A stretch of DNA of 56,978 nt, counting the filler, from Sphacelaria rigidula (taxonomy: Eukaryota): NCBI GenBank assembly GCA_964200075.2. It is 7 parts of 7 records of this genome, joined end to end, with 100 filler letters (N's around TTAATTAATTAA, not from the genome) between each part and the next. Parts side by side here need not be neighbours in the genome. Positions count along the whole stretch, not along the records: positions 40,772 to 48,825 come from CAXNAA020012483.1; positions 48,926 to 56,978 come from CAXNAA020012484.1; 5 more parts are not named here. One strand, written 5' to 3'. Positions 48,631 through 56,978 of this stretch are shown here, one piece after another. How positions within the stretch are numbered: the stretch's first letter is position 1; every line of letters begins with the position of its first letter. The translations under genes were made by a program, and so were the position numbers. The notes under the pieces were generated by a model that was not told the DNA's origin, ran no database searches, and saw nothing but the letters and a program-made list of their open reading frames with translations.

Positions 48631-48825
48631 ACTGTTACGGATGCGAATCGCTCACAAAAGATCTTGGAATTTTCCACGGTTCGGATGAATCATCACGGGT
48701 TCGAATCACTAAATCCACGATTTTTCCGGCCTGATTGCCCAGAAGGGAGAAAAAAGTTGACCGCTGGTCCAAGGGGTATCCACGCAACTTTGGCGCCATT
48801 CCACGTTCCTGGGCTGCGTGTACAT

Positions 48826-48925
48826 NNNNNNNNNNNNNNNNNNNNNNNNNNNNNNNNNNNNNNNNNNNNTTAATTAATTAANNNNNNNNNNNNNNNNNNN
48901 NNNNNNNNNNNNNNNNNNNNNNNNN
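48826..48925. other. Artificial contig linker
   Basis: N44-TTAATTAATTAA-N44. Confidence 0.99.
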
Positions 48926-50669
48926 AAATACCCCCCCCCCCCTATCGTAGGATGACTCAGTTGTATGCATGGCCCAGTTGGACTACTATCGCGGTGTAAG
49001 GGTGAAGTCTGGTTTCGGAACGACTTCTACCCGTTTACCATCGAATGTGGGCCCTGCAGTTCATGTTATTATTTTTTCAAATACATTCGCTAACGATCCA
49101 AAAAATGGTCCAATCTCACGGTAGGGTCAAATGTCAAAACCCCAACAACCCCTACCGCCCATTTCCGGAACGGTTTTGCATGTGTACAGTCAACTACACG
49201 ATGTTGGATTTCAACACGGATTGTAACCGAACTACCACAACTGCTCTTCTTCGGGGTCATGTTGCAATTTGCCCACGAGGGTCGATGACGGTTCAACAGA
49301 TGCTTGTCAAATGCACAAAGGCTATTGCCACTTGAATACCCGAACTATCTTCCACCGTTGGAAAGAGAGTGAAGATCCTCTCGGTCACGTTCTTGTCTTT
49401 CGAGTGCAGTTGATGACGATTTGGCATGAGGTCAACGTTCCGACAACAACGGCTACCGCCTTAGATATATCGGAACGGCTTTCAACATGGTCCTTCGGAA
49501 AAACGGCCTAAGTGTGCTCGTCCCGTTACCTAAGGCATCACCCACCCTCCCATCACAGAACCCCTCATGTCCCCAAGCCAACCCAAGTCAACTCCGAAAC
49601 ACTTCCCTTCAAACCCCGTTCTCAGTCCCCAGAATCATGTCTTCTCATTCTTCCTTCGGATCCCCCTCTTCCATTGCGTGCATGATGGCCGCCAAACGTA
49701 AACAGCAAATCGACGTGGCCAACATTCCGGCAGAGTTTAGCTCGGCGCAGGCCGAGGCCATGGTCTGCCTTCTTTGCTACACGAACGGCAATTTCGAGAT
49801 GGGGAAACACTTCGGACAGATGTGAGATTTGTTCTGGCGTGTATTGCGTTCCATTAAGCCACCATCGTATCCTTTGCTTCGTGATTGGTTTGGTACCCGT
49901 CGTACCGCCTGTGAATGTCAGGTACGCATGGTGCCCCCACCTGATACTTGAATGTCGTAGTTCGCCTGTTACCGAGGTGTGTTCGATCTCAACGAATGGG
50001 CCTTGATCTACGCTGGCTGCTGCCTCCTTCCTTTACCTACAGCTGTGTTACGATCTATTCATGACAATATCGGACACAAACTGCTCTCTACATCAAAGTC
50101 AAGGAGATACTTGACTGTCAGTTGTCTTGATAATCATTTCGTACGCCTCGATATATCTTATCGCGAAGATTCAACACATGTGTCGTTTGCATAACAGTTT
50201 TATCTACGTATTCATTAGATATAACACAGTGAAACTCGGACATCGACTATAGACAGTACACTGGCGCCGTGTGTTTGTTGGAATAAGGCCCCACCTTTCC
50301 CCTTACTACTCTCTAACTTGTCCGCTTTTTCTCCATTCTTGGAATTTTCGTACATTTCGAACCCTTTGATTTTGATCCTGTACAGAAGTTACGACATCAT
50401 GTTCCATTCCCATCAGTGCTGTCAACAGGCTGTGTGTTTTGTCGTCCGACATATGGTTGAAACCAACCTACACCTTTTGGGCATGATATGGGAAAAAACA
50501 AAAACTTGCGTCTTCGCTGGGGCGAGTGGCTACTGCTGTCTTTTGTTCAGTCTTGTCAACCGTATAAAACTATCGAAGCGGTACCCAAGAGCTGTGCAAC
50601 ACCTTCTTTCCAGTACTCGCCAGGTTGTTAAGATCTGTAACTGTTTCATACTCCTGGTCGACAACGCTG

Positions 50670-51600
50670 CAAGGTCTGTAAGCCTCCCATAATCCCAACC
50701 CGGATTGAACGTATATCCTTGTGCGTATATCCGATGCAGGCAGAGTGCGGGTATTATCCGGAAGGGGTGAAGATAAAAATTCAATCCCTACCTTTGTTCT
50801 GATAACTCGCACTTGTTCCTCAACCTCCATCAATCAAACACCCCATGGTATTCAACTCCATACACCCTTCAAAATATTTAAGTTCGGGGCACAGACGCGT
50901 TACAGGAAACGAGTTGAGAGGGAAAGCGAAACTGGAAATTAACGGGTAACGGATCGACTGGGGGTCCTTCATCTGCGCTACCATCTGTATCAATTAGCAG
51001 GGTGCAGGTAATCGGTTTATGGTGTCCAACCCTATCTCGTATCGGGGCCGGTTTGTTGCATACACGGGGTATATTTACAGATATTATCCCTATCCGACAG
51101 TTGGGTGACTACTAGAAGACTTTCCCGTATCCAACAGTTCTGTAGCTTCTATTGAACTGTCATTGGCCCACCCGATTTTTCTAGTGAATTTTGTGAGGAT
51201 CTCATTGCCCAACTCGATAGCTCTATGACTTCAGTGACACTTGCACACCTCTGCTCGACAGATCTTCGACTTCAGTAACGCTTTCCTAAGCACTGGATAC
51301 TTCTGTGACTTGTGTCAGACTGTCCCACGATAGTTGCGTGACTGTTGTGACCTACCATACCCTTACCCGACAGTTCTGTTTTTCTGTACACTAGATTTAC
51401 CCCTATACCCTTGTACAAATATCCGGGTGCGTGTTCAATTTTCTATGCAAACTTTTTTCATCACCCGACATCAAGTAGATTCTCTGTAAGCCTCCTATCC
51501 CTACCCGACAAGTTCCGTGGCCTCTGAGCGATTTTCATCCCGGTACTCCTTACTTCTGTATGATTTACGAAGGCTCTCGTACCCTACCGAACGTACCTTA
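50670..51600. mobile_element. Degenerate relative of the TACCCGACAG sub-repeat element
   Basis: ctgtaagcctcc, ccatacccttacccgacagttctg and ccctacccgacaagttccgt are shared with 20430-20975. Confidence 0.55.
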
Positions 51601-52801
51601 ACCCTATGAAACCTCAAATTTCTACTCGGGGCTGTGAACAATTAGCTCTGTTCAGTTCGGCAAAAACTTGCCGCCCCAGTTGCCAGTCCATCCGCTTTTT
51701 CCAGCTAATCGCCCCTCCCGGCTGGTGGGGGGTGCCGCTCAGGAGTGCCGCCCAAGATAGAAGATATTACCGTGTTTGACCTATTTTTCCTGCTAAAGCC
51801 GTAATTGGTTGTGAATAGTGCAACCACTCACTTCGAGCTGATACGAGCCATGTACTGCTCTAACATGTCTTCGGGAGTAGTAGCGATTCGAACATCATTT
51901 TTCTATACCATGCAGCAGCAGACCCTCTCCTTGAGGACCTGGGGATTGGAACAAGCATGCCACACCCTGGCAGTACCTTGGGCAACAAGAGCAAGTTCTC
52001 ACCGCCGCGTCTTTGATAGACTGCTTGCGTGTTTTGTGATTGCCCGTTACCGTTTTCTTTTCTTCTTCGGATTAGGTACATATCTGCTACATTACTTCGA
52101 ACGTGTTGTTGGTATCTCCCACTTCATGTTCACATCGCTCTTCATGCAATTGGGGAATTGGGGTATGACGTTCGGCACTTCAGCACCAGGCGTCCCACCA
52201 TAACTGAATCACACCTCTTCATTTCTTTGTTTATCTCATTCGACTGACCAGCCGTCGACCGACCCGATGTCGCCGATAAATAACAACTGCAGAACAACCG
52301 GGTACCACCGACGTTGTTGGGATCTGATCTGCTGTACACTGCAGACTTCAATCGTACAGCCTGATTGTACACAGTGTTTCTTTGTTATAAACTCCCCATC
52401 ATAGAACTACTATAAAAATTACTCGGTATAGAGAAGCGGTGCAACACCTCGAGATGAACTGGACAACTGGCGCTCTCGTACCCATTTCCAGTTTAACTCC
52501 AGTAATAGCAATGAAGATATACAGTTTTAACTGGCTCAGTCCCCAGCTCATTTCTTCGATGCTTTCGGTGTACTTTCCCACCGGAAATTGCGCCACCCAT
52601 TTTCAGCCCACGATTCGACACACATTGGGAACGGGACGCTAGGAGGGGACCTCCCACCTTCTTTGTGATAATATACCCCTAAATGCTATACCTGCTTGTA
52701 TAGAATGCTACACTTACGAAAAGGCCGTGGTTTCCTCAGTGTACGTTTATCGAGAAGTATCCTGACTACCGAAGGCACCTTTTGATTCCACTTCCGATTG
52801 C

Positions 52802-53039
52802 TGCCGAGATAGCCCCCCCCCCGAGCCGGCCAAAAAAGTGCACGGAGGTGATGATTATAAATGCCGTTAGAGCTGGTCTCGTGCTGCACGACGCAACTCA
52901 TGTGGGCGTTAAAGCTGATTTGAGATTGTTACACGCCTTTCATGTGTGCGAAGTTGCTGCAAACGAGCCCGATAGTGGGATCGCAGCCGGTTTGTCGGAC
53001 GGTCTACGGTGCAGTTGTTGTGGGGGGGCTATCTCGGCA
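52802..53039. mobile_element. About 238-bp element with TGCCGAGATAGCCCCCC inverted termini, copy 1
   Basis: Inverted termini; internal sequence homologous to 56337-56573 in the opposite orientation. Confidence 0.8.
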
Positions 53040-56000
53040 TTACTCTTCCTCCCTTTTCCACCTACTCGACATCGTTGCTTTCAACACCCGTTTGTCACGC
53101 ATTCGCTGACAGTACAACTATTTTTTCCTTCCGTACTTTCCTCGCTGAACTTTCCGCAGAACTTTCCGCGACCGTCGCTTCGTCCTCCTTCCAATTCGTT
53201 TGGCATCGGCAGGTGCTCCGCCTGCAACACCCAATTCTCTGTCTCCCAGGAGACCATGCCAGCCCCGAAGGGCTCCAGGAAACAGGTGCCCTTCCTCTGC
53301 CTAGCGTGTGGCGGCGACATCGGGGTCAGCACCCCATACCACCGCATGACCGATCCTAACGGCGGTAAAGACAGGGTATACGCCCACGCGGACGGCTGCG
53401 CCTGCGTAAAAATCCTCGTGAAAGCGGCGGAGGGCAGTCTTCATCCTTGCTACGAATGTACAGCCACCCGTGCCCAAAAACCCTGTATGACCTCTCGGCG
53501 GGGGATAACGAACCAGCTTTTATAAGGTGTGACAGCTGCTTTTACGACACGCGTGTCACGCTCCTGTCCGATTTTCAACGGCACTTGTTGCAGGAGAATC
53601 AGTCGTATGCGTCAAGAAACGACAAGTGGACACCGCGCGAAGTACCGCGGGTCAGTACTCATTCCCTCTCCCCTCCCGGAGGCGACCCCGTGATGCCACC
53701 AAAGAAAATCTCCCCTTTCCTCGAAAAGAAAAAACACAATGCGACCCGACAAGGTAGTCGACCCACGGCCACCAGGAGCGGAGCTGGAAGCTAAATCGCC
53801 GCTCACAGTAAGTACCACAACTGCGCATTACTTGTCCCCGTTTCACTCCCTCTCAACTATGTGTAGTCTCATTTCCATCTTGCCCTCTCACATCTTCAAT
53901 GCTTGCTTTCATCGGTGACAGCCTTTTCTTTCGTTCTTTCTTTCAACATGCATCAGTGCAATCTTCAGCCGGCATGCTTGTTCACGTCTCTTCGTTCCTT
54001 TACTTTTCCCTTGCCTACATTATTTCTACCATGGTGCGTTCCAAAACCGAATGCCTACACTCGGGACGTGACGGACTTCGTCAGATCCGACATCATCCAC
54101 GTCTACTTCCTGCAGCTTCTGTGACTTTTTAGCGCCTTCGTTTCTTCTCATTTTGGGCTCCGGTTCTTTCGGCGTTGTGTCGTCTTCTGTCCAGTAACGT
54201 GGTCAAATCAACTTCTTCTTTCCGGTACTTTTTGGGGTCCAGGATTAGGGGGGGATTTGGAGTGTCCCCAGTTCTATATTGCCTTTGTTCTAAACTTTTT
54301 CCGATGCATCACGAAAATATCTGCTTCTAGTGTAGGTACATTCGAGGTTCTCGAACTTGGATTAGCTCTGGGTATTAACACGGAACTCATAATAGGGGGG
54401 TCAACTCACTTGATGTTGATGCTGAGCCGAGTCAGTCGATGCTTCGTTGATGAAGCCATCACCTCATTTCCTTGAACCTGGGATCTTCTTCAATATTATT
54501 AGGTCTATTACGGGATGGTTCTCGCTGCCTGCCACATGTCGGTTCCTGCGTTTGCTGTTCCTACACGTACATGCAGTAGAAGGTGCTAATTTGGTCGTCT
54601 AGATCGCACGCCGGTAATTCGCCGGCTTGCAGTGTGTTCCTCGTAGTTCGATCGGTTTTTGCGGGATCATTGTTTTCGTGTACCGTTTTTGTGTAAAGAC
54701 ATCCTTTATAGACTGTTGTTTTTATGGTCATCGGTGGTGAGTCCCTTGCACCCCGTGACCACGGGGCGGAGATAAACAACTCATCAAGTGAAGGAATTGA
54801 GCTAATGTGACGTGAGCTCTGAAAATCGAAGATGACTGTACCCCGCCGGTGGGAGTTGAGATGAAACGTGCCCGTGCCACATATTTGCGTACAAATTACA
54901 CCCGTGTGGTGCCTTTCTCGACTCCCCGTAAAACAAAAAGAATCCTCAAAGGACGAGCATGGCGCCTAAACTAGTCGCGGTGTTATCAACAAATGTAAAT
55001 AGCCACACACAGTGACCCTGAGGTAGAAACATGGAGCGAGTATGGACCCGAGAAGATAAGCGAGCAATATCAGGTACTGCGCGAAGTAACTTTCGGGAGA
55101 TTTGGAGATTATCCATCTCTGAAGCGTAATGGTATTTGCTTTTATTCGTTCGAAGCTTCCCGCTGTTTTCGATACATGAACGACCGTGACTTACCGGGGC
55201 GATAAAATAACCGAAAAGGAGCAAGCGAGGTAGCTTGCCTGCCCACAACGACCAACGAGCACTTCGGCTTCCTCAGAGGAAACTTCAAACATAATATGAG
55301 AAGTGCCGCGATAACCCCCCCCACGCAACCAGTCCCACGACTGCGACGAAAAAAATTACCGTTCATCGCATAAAATGTCACAGACTTCATCGACTCTCAT
55401 CTCAAATTTGCGATCGTGAATAGCCCCATGTTCTAACGATATTGTTCCGATTCTAGCGTACATTTCGGCGCTACCCTACCGACCCGTTCCCGTTCTAAAG
55501 AATCAAACGTCTGTCGCGTTGGGCATTCTCATACATACAGCCAGTACTTACGCTAAGAAAAGCAACGCATCAAATGCCACTGATGCTGATTCATTACCGG
55601 CCGAGCCGTTAATATCTCCACCCACACCCATCCCTTGAAACTAATGATGGGGTCACATGCACACAGAACCCGTCCTAAAAGAGCATAATACTTGCAATAA
55701 GCTGAAGTGAGATAATCAATAGATATACCGATCAAGCAATGGGTAGGGGCCTACAAATTTACCGGGCAAAAACCCAGATTTGGGACCCGTCCATGAACAC
55801 CCTTCCTCCCGGCGATTGAGTCGTTCGTGTTATTTTTCTGTTGTAGCTGCCATGAATTCCTCGACGAGTCGGGACTGGGCGGAAGGGACGCAGGTTGGAG
55901 CGAACGAATAGTTCCACGTGTTATTTTCCAACAAGCTAAATTTAACCCACAGGTCGACCCCTCGTCCATCACTCACGACCCGCCACCCAGTACCCCTCAG

Positions 56001-56336
56001 CGGAGCATCTTCCAAAACAGGTGGTGCGTGTGTCATTTCGTGTAATACTTTGGATGGGGATATATCCCACAGATGAAGGTAACTCACAGTCACACACAAC
56101 AAAAGTTGTACAGAGCTGCTGTTCAAGCGCTCACTTTCTTGATGGATGGTTCAAGATCTCCCATCTTGCACAACACGGAGGGAAGAGCAAATCATGTTGT
56201 CCCTGCTGTGTGCCAAGTGGTCCGTTTGCCAGAACCACGAGCAACTATCTGTACGATATCGTTTTGTGTTGGCTCGCTGTCGCAATGATCACGAGATACG
56301 AATGATTCCAACACTACGGGCTACGTCACGGACTAA

Positions 56337-56573
56337 TGCCGAGATAGCCCCCCCACAAAAAGTGCACCGGCAACATCCAACGAACCGGCTGCAATCCAAC
56401 TACTGGGCGGGTTTGCAGCAATGTCGCCCACATGAGATGCGTGTAGCAGTCCGAAATCAGCTACAACGCCCAAATCAGTCGCGTCGTGCAGCACGAAACC
56501 AACTTTAACGACAGTTATGATCATCGCCTCCGTGCACATTTCTGGCCGGTTTGAGTGGGGGCCTATCTCGGCA
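56337..56573. mobile_element. Same element, inverted copy 2
   Basis: tgccgagatagccccccc...gggggcctatctcggca, with the shared core gcgtcgtgcagcacga. Confidence 0.8.
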
Positions 56574-56978
56574 GCAGTCCACGGTCTTTGGTAAACCTGC
56601 CAGTCACGACTTCTGCTCGTCCCTCTAATTGCGGACGGATATTCATTGATAAGTGATGTGTGTAGATGAGCGAGATGTCGCACTGGATAAAATGTGCGTA
56701 GGTTGACGTGTTTTTGCCGAAATCCGCGCCTGCACAGGATCAACAAACAGCATACATGGTACCGTCCGCACCTGCCACGATATCATGTGTTGTTTTCCCG
56801 CAGGTGACGCAAGCGCGAGATGTAAATGATTCCACACGGATAAGACACGGCCTCAGCGATTGTTTGTGCGGACCACTCGTGGGCATCATGCACTCCACAG
56901 ATATGAGGCATTTCTACTTTTTACAACAAATTGTGCGAATTGAGGTTTAACTCCGAGATGAGGTTCAAGCCTAAAACA

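Noticed and set aside
8056-48925. Six TTAATTAATTAA palindromes at an exact 8154-bp spacing
   Set aside because: They are artificial linkers between size-sorted contigs, so the periodicity is not biological.
49280-49825. BED-finger-like fragments (VCLLCY on plus; FDKHLLNRH on minus)
   Set aside because: Too short, on opposite strands, and no transposase core nearby.

Overview
This window is not one locus. It is seven unrelated contigs of 8053-8055 bp (1-8055, 8156-16209, 16310-24363, 24464-32517, 32618-40671, 40772-48825, 48926-56978), joined by artificial 100-nt N44-TTAATTAATTAA-N44 linkers, as in a size-sorted draft assembly. The DNA is eukaryotic and most likely from a brown alga (inferred from short GC-rich exons in long GT-AG introns and an EsV-1-7 repeat gene). 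Recognisable genes: the last two exons of a class II-like histone deacetylase; five exons of a giant SPRY/LamG/MIB-HERC2 protein (probable E3 ligase); six exons of ubiquitin-activating enzyme E1; an isolated acyl-CoA synthetase exon; and an uninterrupted 860-aa ORF with 17 tandem 38-aa EsV-1-7 Cys/His repeats. The rest is mostly tRNA-derived SINEs, MITE/foldback elements, a LINE remnant and microsatellites. The most interesting signal is the EsV-1-7 array: near-identical putative zinc-binding modules with one hypervariable polar residue each, as in TALE, PPR or C2H2 zinc-finger recognition codes. A long hairpin with G-U-biased mismatches (candidate small-RNA precursor) lies about 1.3 kb upstream of it. 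All calls were made by eye, without database searches.
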